DNA of 64,000 bases. Origin: Macrostomum lignano. Taxonomy: Eukaryota. Shown piece by piece: positions 1 through 23,719 of the stretch. Both the position numbers and the translations under genes were made by a program. Every line of letters starts with the position of its first letter. Position 1 is the first letter of the stretch. The notes under the pieces are model-generated. The model had not been told where the DNA came from. It did no database searches and saw nothing but the letters and a program-made list of their open reading frames with translations. The stretch covers positions 1 through 64,000 of the forward strand of contig NIVC01002528.1 in assembly GCA_002269645.1 (NCBI GenBank). Direction: 5' to 3'.

Positions 1-285
<285 letters not shown>

Positions 286-921
286 GCTTCAGGGATACAG
301 TTCTGCCATTAATCTGTGAAGTGAATTCCTGCAGTTTGGTATCGGTTCTTCAAGTCGAAAGCAACGTTCAGTTTTGAATAATGACTTCCCCTAGAAGGTC
401 CTGCCTAATCTGTATTAAACGAATAAATGACACTACGTTTAGGAGACTGATGCATCACAGACCTCCGCTGCCCTGCAGAACCAAACCCCAAGCTGCCCTG
501 AATGAACCTTCAACTGTAAATTAGGCATGTAAAAATTTGTCCAACTCCGCTCGTACAGTGGAAGTAACGACGCCAATACTTGTGCATATTTTGACTAACC
601 AATTATTGAAAGCACATCGCACCAATCCATAAATTCAGATAATGACCTTGGAGAGCCAGAACCAGTGTCTAGTCAATAAATGCTTGCGAGCTACCGCACA
701 GCATCCTTGACAGGGGCAAAGTCATTGGCTATCAACAGAAAAACCGGATCATTTGGGAAGAAGAGGGAAGAGAAATTGCAACAACCGTGAAGCAGAAAAC
801 CAAAGAGAATCGTCCATAAAAGCGATATGGTCAGGTTGTATAGGATCATTGCTATATTGGTTCTGTTTGAATTTTCGATTGCGCAGCTGAGTGTCTAAGG
901 ACAGCACTAAATATTAAAAAT

Positions 922-3068
922 ATGCTATACGCGGTTGCAGCCAGACCTGTGTCAGCAGTCTCTTCCAAATTTCACGGACCAGGGCATCAGCACCAGCCTT
1001 ATCAGCCTCACCAGCAGCACCAGCAGCACCAGGAACACCCGGAAGCAGATCCGCAAGCCCCTGTGCAGGTGTCGCTGCAACGTTCGGCTAATCAGATGTG
1101 GGCTTCCGGCTGCAAGGCGGAGCTGACTACAGGACTCAGCTGACCGTTATGAAGGTGAATTCGATTTTTTACTGAGTTGAAATGTCTCAGTGTCTGTCTC
1201 AGTGTCTGTCTCAGTGTCTGTCTCAGTGTCTGTCTCAGTGTCTGTGTCAGTGTCTGTCTCAGTGTCTGTCTCAGTGTCTGTCTCAGTGTCTGTCTCAGTG
1301 TCTGTCTCAGTGTCTGTCTCAGTGTCTGTCTCAGTGTCTGTCTCAGTGTCTGTCTCAGTGTCTGTCTCAGTGTCTGTCTCAGTGTCTGTCTCAGTGTCTG
1401 TCTCAGTGTCTGTCTCAGTGTCTGTCTCAGTGTCTGTCTCAGTGTCTGTCTCAGTGTCTGTCTCAGTGTCTGTCTCAGTGTCTGTCTCAGTGTCTGTCTC
1501 AGTGTCTGTCTCAGTGTCTGTCTCAGTGTCTGTCTCAGTGTCTGCCTGTCTTTCTCTACAGTTCTGTTCTGAATGCCCAGAGCCGCCCGCACTGTGCCAG
1601 GTCCAGCCCGAGTCCGCAGCCTTCGGCAAGCTGCACTCTGGAGACGCCATCCAGTCGGTGAACGGTCAGAAAACCCGTCAGTTGAGCCACGCCCAAGCAT
1701 CCAGCCTCATCAAGGAGTCTGGGAATTCACTAACCCTAATCGTTGTGAAGTGAGTTTTTTCCGACGGTTGCTAACGAAGTTATTTTAAGCCTTCAGGTCA
1801 AGTTACAGGCAAAGCTAGTATGCACCTATCGAAAGCGCTAATGCACTTTGTCTGTCCATCTTCCTTCTTTTTTATTTCTTTGCTTCTCTCATCACCCACG
1901 CGCAGAACCGCATGTCCGCAGTGGGAACCAGCGGGGGAGTGCAGAACCCAGCAACAGCGAACTGACAGCTGCTGTCCCTGTGGAGCCAGAGTGAACTTTC
2001 TTCGCTAAACCTGTACTAGGAGGAAAACACTACCAAGTCTTCTGATGAACCTTCTTCCTCTAGCTGCACAAGCTGAAAATCTGTTTTCCATTGAAGAAAT
2101 CAGCGCATATGTTGTAATAGTACGTTTGCTATATGCAGCAGCCTGTGCAAAATGCATTGGCGAGATGTAGCTGGATGTCTTCAGTTTTTTAAACACCAAA
2201 TGCTCACTAATTCCAAGTTGCAACTGAAGCAAGCATGTGTTTTATTTAGGGTACACTCGCAAGTTAATCAAGATTTTTTTCAGAAACACTCTGTAAAGTT
2301 TTGATGCCAAAAACCGCGCCTTTTTGAGAACCTGTTCACCGGTTTAAAAACAGTCTTTTTTAAAGAAAACCAGTTTTAAAAACTATTTTGTGCATCAATT
2401 GTTCAAAAGTTTGACAGAGTTAATGACAACACGAATAGTATGGACAAACTCTTAGTCTTAGTCTACATGTACTCTTAGATTGAGTTTACTGAAAGCTTTT
2501 TATAGAAAACTCGTCATTTACATTGCATCTCTCTGCCCCTTGAGTCTGCCTCTCTGCTTCCTTGAGTCTGCCTCTCTGCCCCTTGAGTCTGCCTCTCTGC
2601 TTCCTTGAGTCTGCCTCTCTGCTTCCTTGAGTCTGCCTCTCTGCCCCCTTGAGTCTGCCTCTCTGCTTCCTTGAGTCTGCCTCTCTGCCCCCTTGAGTCT
2701 GCCTCTCTGCCCCTTGAGTCTGCCTCTCTGCCCCCTTGAGTCTGCCTCTCTGCCCCCTTGAGTCTGCCTCTCTGCTTCCTTGAGTCTGCCTCTCTGCCCC
2801 CTTGAGTCTGCCTCTCTGCCCCCTTGAGTCTGCCTCTCTGATAATTGTGACCTAATTAGGATTAGGAGTTGGAAACCGTCAAACCGGGCCAAAAACCGTT
2901 TAAACCGGTTGGCATCCCTACTGTAAAAGAATCTCAAAAATCCCATCAGCAGACTTCCCTCAACCTCTGTCATCCTTTAAACTATTTTCCAGACAACCCG
3001 GGGCCGCTGACTCGCTTCAACACATCCGACCGCTGGGCAAGCCGAAGTTCAAGGCGCCGAAGAAGTAA
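922..3068 (+). CDS. PDZ-domain protein, PDLIM/Zasp-like PDZ (spliced; 5' end and last two exons uncertain)
   Basis: Exon ending 1154 (..[18 protein letters not shown]|GTGAAT) joins in phase 0 to exon 1601-1749 ([49 protein letters not shown]|GTGAGT), giving a full PDZ fold with the WGFRLQGG signature of the PDLIM family; needs a 1-nt frameshift near 1100. Tentative phase-compatible exons 1922-1990 and 2993-3068 (..[13 protein letters not shown]). Confidence 0.75.
1183..1544. repeat. 12-bp tandem repeat (TGTCTCAGTGTC)n, ~30 copies, intronic
   Basis: Direct read; lies inside intron 1155-1600. Confidence 0.97.
2529..2840. repeat. ~21-22-bp minisatellite (CTTGAGTCTGCCTCTCTG-CTTC/CCC)n
   Basis: Direct read, ~14 copies with two alternating linker variants. 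Confidence 0.95.
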
Positions 3069-3839
3069 ACAAAAACACAGACTGCGTTTGAAGCTCTGCT
3101 GCGTCATCTATATATTCGTACAAAATCAAGGACTTCCTTTGAAGAATCGCTTTATAATCGTTAAATAAAGATATACTACTCGTTTAAAGTCATTGAAATT
3201 GAAGTTATTTTATTACTATTAGTAGTACAGTAAAATGCTTAATACTGTTTGCAGTGTTTGTGATAAACCAAACTGCCTATCTGTACCTTAGACAGTTAAA
3301 TTATAAAGCTTCTCTGCAAAGCCAGAGCTACTTTAAGATTCTTAGAATCCGGCCACTCCCGCTAGTAACCAAAGATTCTTGTCAAGGTATTGTCGAAACT
3401 ACAATTGTACCATGACTACGTGGCGGATATTTGATTATTGCCATAGACGATTATATCGGCCCACCCGACAAGGCTGTAGAGTAACTGTATAGTTACTCAT
3501 TAAATCATTGTCTATGGTTGACACCCACACTCCATGGCACATATTAAATCAATCACAGTATTACCACCCAGGCTTTGCGGGCGATAATGGGAAAGCCAGA
3601 GAGCGCTATCATGTATTAAAGACCTCGGAAACCATGCTCTATTATTGCACAGCTACAAATTGGTCCAAATTAATCAAGACCGAGAACGAAAAGACCAAAG
3701 CAACATATTTATGGATTTGCGTCCTTAATTTTGATTAAAAACCGATGGTTTAATAATATTTTCCACTATATTGATAATAGTCCAGAGTTAAAGTGGTCAA
3801 ATCATGAAAAAACTTTTTCTTTGTTTAAAGAGGTGCAGC

Positions 3840-5834
3840 TCAGCAGGCTGACTCAGCGTCTGGCAGAAGCTGAAGCGTCACCCGGCCTTGAACGGTTGAG
3901 CCGTCCATGACGTCGCCATCCATGAGGATGCAGTCGCTGCCACCGGTGACACCGTCGCCGCAGACAGAGCCGCCTCCGCCGCCGGAGTGATAAGCGCCGG
4001 TCCCGGCGCCTCCGCCGCTGTAGCCGCCACCAGCGCCAGCCGCGCCAACTGAGCGTCCACCTCCGCCGCCGCCGCCAAACCCGCCGTCGCCGCCACCGCC
4101 GCCGCCGCTGCCAGCCGCGCCGCCGATCCAACCGACGCTGCGATCACCGCCAGAGTCTCCGTGCCCGGCATTGGTTCGTCGGGGCGCCATGCCCAGCCAG
4201 CCGGCGCCGCAGCCGCCGTCGAAGTCCGGATTGCTGCCGTTGCCGTTGTTGCCAGGCTGGCCGTTTTTGCCGCCGTAGCCAGTGTTCAGCTTGTTACCGC
4301 CGTTCGAGTCGCCACCAGTGCTGGCGGCCAGTCCTTGACAGCCTGTTGTTGCCGAAAGAAGAGAAAATGCTTTTTATGACCCTGGCTATAGTTTTCGAAG
4401 ATAAGACCCGCTTCTCACCTGAAGCCCAGGATGAGGCGCCGCCACCGCCGCCTGCCGCCAGCAGCAGCTGGCCGTTCCCAGTCATGTACACGAAGCTACC
4501 ACCGCCTCCGCCAGCACCAGCGTTGCCAAGCGTTGTCGGGCCGCCAGCCTGGCCCACCACGATTGACAGTCGCGCTCCGGCAGCGAGTTTGAAGCGTCCA
4601 GCTGCGAAGGCGCCTCTGCCGCCGACTCGATTGTGGAAACTGTTGAACCCGCCAGCGGCTCCTGCTGCCTTAATTCGATAGCAGCCTGTCACGTTGATTG
4701 ACAGCTGCAGGATGGAGCCGTTCGTACCTGTGCTCGAGTCTGCGGGTTTTGCAGTTTTGCAGTCCCCTCTGTAGCTGGCGCCCCCTCTGTAGCTGGCGCC
4801 TCCTCTGTAGCTGGCGCCCCCCTCTGTAGCTGGCATCCTCTCTGTAGCTGGCATCTTCTCTGTAGCTGGCATCCCTCTGTAGCTGGCGCCTCTTCTGTAG
4901 CTGGCGCCCCCTCTGTAGCTGGCGCCCCCTCTGTAGCTGGCGCCCCCTCTGTAGCTGGCGCCCCCTCTGTAGCTGGCGCCCCATCTGTAGCTGGCGCCCC
5001 CTCTGTAGCTGGCGCCCCCTCTGTAGCTGGCGCCCCCTCTGTAGCTGGCGCCCCCTCTGTAGCTGGCGCCCCCTCTGTAGCTGGCGCCCCCTCTGTACCC
5101 TCTGTAGCTGGCGCCTCCTCTGTAGCTGGTATCCTCTTTGTAGCTGGCATCCCTAGTGTTTCTTAGAAGATTCGCAGGCTCCCAAAATCGAATAAAATGC
5201 ACCAACAAGCTTGCAAGGCCAGCAGCCAATCCTGCTTAACTCGCTCGAGTGTTAGGACGTCGAATCCGCCAACTCACTTTTCTAAAACGCCTTCATTGCT
5301 TTAAACTTTATTGAATTAATCAGGCGACTCACTTGAAAACTCCAGCGTGATGTTGAGCCTCCTGGAGTCGATGATGCTGTCGATGTCGACCGCCTTCCAC
5401 ACCTCGGCGCCAGCCTCGGATCCCAGTGACCTCCACGCGTGGCTGCGCGGCGATCCGGCAGTCCGCGAGGCGTCCTCGACGAAGAGCAGCTGGCAGATGC
5501 GGCTGGCCCGCAGCAGGCTGACTGCGACACACCCCTTCGACCGGCAGCTGAGCAGGCAGTCTTGGATGGAGGCTGAGCCGGGCTCGCTGATGAAGAAACT
5601 ACTGACGGTCGGGTCGAGCTGGATTGGCCCGGAGGAGCGGACAAATTGACTGCAGCTAGTGAGCGCCTGCGGGAGGAAGGCTAAGATTTCCAGGCGTTAT
5701 TGTGTTGCTAGCTAGTAGGATTAACACGATAGTAAGTTAAGCACCGTTGGCCATGGTTAGTCGCACCTCAACACACGGACATAGGGTTGCCAGCACCGTA
5801 CAAGCAGTAAAAGTACATGGTACTTGGCTGTCAT
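3840..5834 (-). CDS. Secreted PAN/Apple-like + ALK/LTK-type glycine-rich domain protein (~403 aa)
   Basis: Exons 5834-5781 (MTAKYHVLLLLVRCWQPY, signal-like; donor weak), 5666-5333 (IQDCLLSCRSKGCVAVSLLRASRICQL, PAN-type Cys spacing), 4739-4419 (GCYRIKAAGAAGG..LSIVVGQAG..GGGGGSFV..LLLAAGGGGGAS), 4342-3840 (GGCGAGW..GGFGGGGGG..GAGGGYSGGG..GGGGGS). All junctions GT-AG and phase-compatible; total 1212 nt. Motif order matches the ALK/LTK glycine-rich domain. Confidence 0.85.
4765..5152. repeat. 18-bp minisatellite (CCCTCTGTAGCTGGCGCC)n, intronic
   Basis: Direct read; lies within intron 4740-5332, so the GGASYR/GAPATE ORFs are not coding. Confidence 0.95.
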
Positions 5835-6757
5835 TTTACGGGCGGCCAGACGTATCTCGATTCCTAGAATCCCGACTGTTTTGCCGAAATTGCACTTACC
5901 TATAAAACTAATAAAGCTGTTTATTAGAAAGTTGGATCGCATTTCAGCGAGTTTCTTCTGCGAGATCAGGAAAAGTGTCTGTTGATTCGCTTGCAGACAC
6001 ATCTTAATCCCATCGCCGCTGCATGTATATATAATGTTATCTTCTCAACAAAAGAAACCTACACGGTAAGCTTTGGCTCAGCAAAGTGACGCTTCAGAAA
6101 AGCCAAATGGCAGAATTTTTTTAGGGGAGAAAATTTACCGTCTCGATTGGTTGAGCAACATTTTTTGCATAAGCTAGGCGTGAATACCGAAACATATTAG
6201 CAACTCAAAGCTAGAAGATGATGTTTTGCAGCTCAATTGAGCAGAACAGCTGCTAGGATAAGTGACTACTGTGCATCAGCTGGTTGTCAGAAATGTATCG
6301 CATGGGTTCCCAAACACAGCAGATGCTGTTTTCTTTTGTTTTATTCAATGAAGCGTACAGAAGTACAGTATCCTGTCAACTGCAAAGACGTGGCTGAATG
6401 ATTTTGTATTCGTTGTACTCGAGTAGCAGCATAAACTGCTCTACGTTTGATGAGGTGCCTTTCAGTATTCTTCTTAGTGTTAAACTGACATCTCGTGCTT
6501 TGGTTTTCCATGGTTTAAAACATCACTTGATGTATCGATAGCTCGTGTGTACAAAAGTTTCCGGCTTTATTTGATAAACAAATCCGAATATCAGATAATT
6601 ATGGAGGGGACAAGATAATAGCTCTAGTTGCATTGCTATAGCACTATTATACATTAGCTTCATTGCAGAGTTAGCAAAGCATAAGATAGGAACAACAGTA
6701 ACCATCAGTTTAAAAATTAACAATGGAATTATAGTTATAGTCGGAAGAAACCCAGCA

Positions 6758-19085
<12,328 letters not shown>

Positions 19086-20138
19086 CTCTATTGAGCTTTC
19101 AGTGCTCTAGAAGAGGCACAACTTCCGGCGCGTTTTTCTGCTTGCTTGGGCAACTGCTAAATGAGGTCTATCGGGCTTACATTGGGTCTCTCTATTCTTT
19201 GATGGCGATGATGGCTATCTTAAGCTAAGGACTGACTCACTGACGCACTGACACACTATCGGTGCTGTCAAAACTGGCCTTGACAACCACAATTTAACTA
19301 TCAATTTTTATGCAGCGAGTATAGCCAGCCTTCTGCTGCTCTCAGTGTCTTTAATAGTGTGTATGGTTGAGCAGTTTTTTTGGCACTGGTCATGCATTAA
19401 GGCTTGGCTCAATTTTGATTGGCTAGTAACAGATAACCTCCAATCATGAGGTGCGCAGATCTGCCAATTTCAGCATAGGATTTTATTCATCCATCTAGAT
19501 GCTTCAGTGGCTTTGCATGCAGTCGGATTGGGAATTTCTCAACAGAAGTTTCGCGTGGAGATATTGGGCATGCGGCAATGGCGTGACTCTAATCTAGAAA
19601 GCTGGTTGATTGTTTGTCGTTTAAATCTACATTATTCAGGAAGGGTTCATATTGGACGTTTAAAATCAGTTGTCTTTAATCGTAATATTCCATGCGCATG
19701 CAGTTTACCCTCGCGGAACTAATCTTTCACCAGCAAACGAACTAAGGAACTTTGACCGATTGGTCGGGCATATACCCTCTAGAATGTGAGACGAAGGAAG
19801 AAAAGGGGTCGCCGATAGAGAGGGAGTTAGCCGGAGAGAGACAGTCCCTAGGGGGTCTGTTCGGTCTGTCTGCATTCCCTGCTGCAGCACAGCTACTGGC
19901 AGCTGGGTCCAATGCACTGCGGCTTCGCACACGCACACACAACCCTTTTCTCACCAAGAGATGAACTCTCAATCTTCTCCCCTCTCCGCCCCTCTCTCTC
20001 TCTTTAGCGCATCAGGAAATCCCATTATCCTCATTACAACCCGTGAGAGATGGAGCGCCTTGCCCGACGACCAGACGAGTAGGACGGAGACTATAACAAG
20101 AACGCTGTCCATGCTTTACTACTTCTTCTCGCTCTTTC

Positions 20139-21802
20139 TGTTTTAGGCAAACGGTGTACTTTTTGTCAATGTAGTAAAAAGAAACAAATGTTATGTTCTA
20201 CGGCACAGATTACCGACAAACATAGCTTAGCCATGCAGTTTCACTTGTCTTTTGGCACTCTTAATCCCCTCTATTTAGCTGTCGGCTAATCCAACAAGAC
20301 TTAAGAAGATTCAGCTGTCTGGACTAGTCTTACTAAAGGGTTTAAAGAGCTCTTAAATTATGGCTATATCCTCTGCGTGAACTCCCTATATAGGGACTGG
20401 GGAAACACCGGACTGACTGGCGACGACAAAGAGAAAGAGTAAAAAGGTCTATTGAATGAATGAATGCACAGGGCTCTCTGCTACGAAACTGATATACGCT
20501 TAGTCGATGGCTCCGCAGTGTAGAGACTCACCCAGTTGGCATGCATTATGCAAACACCAAAAACAGGAAACTGCTATACTTAGGCTAAGGCTAGCTAAAG
20601 ACAAGGCGGTGATTGAGATGGCTTAGTCTTTTCTCTCTCCCATCTCCCCATCTCAAATAAAAGGATTTGTCCAAACATGCGCAGCTTCAAAGTTCTACCG
20701 AACTGAAATCCCATCTATAGTCCGGAGTCTCTATTGCTTTTTGTCTGTTTGCTCCGGTCATGTTTTATGACTTTTTCACTATCGATGACAACAACGTCTT
20801 ATTCTCCAGGCAACTCAGAGAGATCTGGACGATTCAGACCTAAAGTGGATCATGAGAATTCATTTTCACCACTCAATATCGACTGATGAATAAAGATATC
20901 CAAGTTAATGGCTCTAAAAAATTCAACGAAATCAACACATTATAAAATACGCAACAAGGTCTTACTTTTGTGATGATGTGGCTCAAGGGCTCGGTCCTTT
21001 CGTGCCCCTTTCCCAGACCCGGGTTCGTGTACTGACCCTGGCTACGGTCCTCCACTGACACGCGTACGACGCGGTGTCCGTCGGGACTAGGCTGCTCGAG
21101 CGTACGACGCACGACAGCCTACAGACTCGCGTACGACGCAGAGCTGCTTGGGGTGGGACCGGCGTACGACGCACTTAATCCCTCTAAGGTGCCTAGTACA
21201 GATGCAGACCCAAATGACGTGCAAATTGGAAGGCTTACCAGCCGCGATTTCAGTCGTACAAGAAACAGCGCCGTCAGAGCAGTGGTGATCTCGATATCCT
21301 TTACTTATATATTTGTCTAGCAATTCTGCGAGGAATAGCAATTCAGCAACCAACGCTGGCACAATCGCCGAGGAGCCAAGAAGACGACGAGAATGGGGTC
21401 TCAAGGGGGGCCGAATAAATAGGCAGCAAACTGGGGGTCGAGGGCGCGGGATAAAGGCAGAAAAGGGGGCTTAGACATCAGCCAAGGCAACGCATGAGCT
21501 GTACCAGCCAATCGCCGGGGCGCAGCACGGCAGACTGGGACTGGCAGCCAATCACAAACAGGGGCGGGGCAGCAAAGCTAACAAAATAATGGGGCGGGGT
21601 CGCACAGGGGGGGTCGCACGCAGAGCATGGGGGGGTTGACTCAACAGAAAAGGTCTAGGCAGGGAGGGGAGGGGTACGCACGCGCAGAAGTGCAGGTGGG
21701 TGAGTCAGAAAATATCTAAGGAGGGGGGAGGAGGAGAGGACGGCCCACTGGCCCGGTGCAGCAACTTAGCAAAGAGCACACTGTCATAACGCATTCATGA
21801 CA
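20139..21802 (-). mobile_element. Candidate solo LTR (1664 bp)
   Basis: Termini TGT...ACA flanked by CTTTC at 20134-20138 and 21803-21807; CCAAT boxes (21508, 21548), GGGGCGGGG boxes (21561, 21591), TATTTATT on minus at 21414-21421. No gag/pol; the TSD match could be chance; orientation inferred. Confidence 0.4.
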
Positions 21803-21879
21803 CTTTCAAAGTTATTCATCTATCTCTCTGGAAATTACAAACCTGACCGGAGTTGAACTATTCATATATTTCAAATAGG

Positions 21880-23719
21880 TCAAGCCTGCCAAATAAATTT
21901 TCGCCTCCGTCTCAACCGAGTCGCCTCTCTGCCGCGCAATATCCGTCGCTTAGCGGGATCCAGTTCGCCAGCTTTCCTCGCCTGCTCCTGACTCGCACTC
22001 GCACTGCCGCCTGCGGCGCGTCGCTGCTCTTCCGCTTGTTTCCTCAACGCCGCCAGGTGCCTGGCCCGATGCACTCGCAGCTCGGCAATCACGGCGGCTG
22101 ACTGCAACCGACCGAACTGCAGTCCCTGACGCATCGGACCGGCTAAACAGCAGAACCAAATAATCAGAGCCAACGGAAGAATGACTCCAATCACTGCACT
22201 GTCGAATAGACCGCGCCAAACGTTTAGAAACCGGCTGGGCACATCGTTGAGACTGTCGCGACAGTTGCTAGACCGGGAGTCGCTGCCGTGGCAGACGTCG
22301 CCCTCTAGCCACGGCGGTGGGCACAGGCACTTGCGCTGGCTGGTCTGGAAGCCCTCCATCAGGCCGTCGGAGCTGACCTTACAGGTAGATCGCTGCCAAT
22401 CTGACCAGGAGCACCAGGCGCCGTGCAGGCCTTCCACTCTGCGAAAGAAGCCGTCCAATAGTTGACAGTTGGAGTCGCAACGACCATTGGGCTGGAGGTG
22501 CCGGTGAAGGATTAATGCACTTATCAGTCCTCATTGTCCGGCATTAGTATGTGCACACTCTCAGCCTTAGGGGTTGTGCCTTCATGGGCTAAAATTTAGC
22601 ACGACGAAAACGACACCGAATATGCACTAAGCAGTTGTACGTTCTCAAAATTCAAAACTATAATTTCTTACACCCTAACACAGCAAGCTTATGAAGCTTA
22701 ATTTTTGTCACTCGCTCAATGTGACCGCCTCTAAGGGGATAAATTGAGCCTATTTAACATAGGCAAAGCCAACTCTGCGCAATGAATGCCACGACACACA
22801 CGTAAATTTTATACTTGCTTGCTTGCAAATCGTAAAGAAAACCTTTATAATTACCAAAATCTGCAGTTCTCGTTAAACGAGATCAAACTCATTGTGGACT
22901 AAGCTGAAGGACTAATCATAGAAGAGAGATTAGTAAACTGAAACCAACGGATGAGGCAGCTAAGCCCTTGCTGCAGTGAGGCTGGATGAAATGGGGTTCG
23001 GTGCTAACAGGCGAGGAGGCAGTTTTTCTAAAATATTGCCCACATCAGTTCAACATGGGAATTTATTCCTGTCATATTTCATTAGAGTACTTTAGTCCAT
23101 ACTGGCTGTCTATGCGACAAATGAATATCAGGGGGTTTTAGCCTAGTGGTTAGAGCGACGGACTCACGACTTGAAGGTCGGGGGTTCGATTCCTGATTTC
23201 ACTGGAACAATTTGTGTCCTGAGCAAGACACTTAACTCTTCATGCATTGCTTCAGTTCACCCAGCTGTAAAATGGGTGCCAGCATTAGCTGGTGTGTGTG
23301 GCGACCCCCCTCCAGTCCTTGGACTGAACAGCCGTACACAGCCTTCCGACCGCTGAGCTGTCGGTTGTACATCTGCTCGTGGCAGGTGTAATAAACTGTT
23401 ATTATTATTAGAATACCCCACAAAACTTGTCAGTTTTTTCTTGCAGCGTACCAAAACTGCAAGTCCTCGTTGAGTAGTCGGTGGAGTTTAAATTGTGCGG
23501 AATGTTGGCAAACTTCAGGCAGACGCAGCGACGCCTGAGATCGGCCCGACAGGCGCCCGTGTTGGAGAGCCGCTGACAAGCAGACTCAGTCCAGATGCTC
23601 CAGTGGCAGATGTAATCTGGGTCGGATAGCTCGTCTTCGAATTCCATCAGCTCGACATCGATTGACTTTGTCAAAGTTACAATCAAGGTCAAAAGGAGCG
23701 ATACGGTTGTGCGTAACAT
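21880..23719 (-). CDS. Type I membrane protein with signal peptide, two TSP1-like repeats, TM helix and basic tail (~304 aa)
   Basis: Exon 23719-23417 (MLRTTVSLLLTLIVTLTKS; CHWSIWTESAC..RRRCVC) + exon 22491-21880 in phase 0 (HGAWCSWSDWQRSTC..GFQTSQRKCLCPPPWLEGDVCHG; TM AVIGVILPLALIIWFCCLAG). WxxWxxW..C..R..C pattern is the thrombospondin type-1 signature. Confidence 0.8.
23131..23410 (+). mobile_element. tRNA-headed SINE, family A, with CORE-like central domain and (TTA)n tail
   Basis: A box TAGCCTAGTGGTTAG, B box GGTTCGATTCC, then GTGTCCTGAGCAAGACACTTAAC..CAGTTCACCCAGCTGTAAAATGGG resembling the CORE domain; second copy inverted at 60019-60270. Confidence 0.85.

Noticed and set aside
4294-5229. 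311-aa ORF with GGASYR repeats as a single CDS
   Set aside because: Only 4419-4739 is exon; the repeat lies in an intron bounded by phase-compatible splice sites.
19965-20112. Signal-peptide-like short minus ORF (MDSVLVIVSVLLVWSSGKA...)
   Set aside because: Stops after under 50 codons with no convincing splice continuation.
21062-21172. CRISPR array interpretation of the repeat-spacer pattern
   Set aside because: Repeats only 11 bp, spacers 18-27 bp and pairing with each other, eukaryotic context, no cas genes.
21200-21220. Primer-binding site (CA-TT-TGGGTCTGC on minus)
   Set aside because: Does not match any tRNA 3' end I can recall.
23131-23205. tRNA gene (also heads at 13477 and 59303)
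   Set aside because: A and B boxes are present but no complete cloverleaf; each continues into a repeated SINE body.
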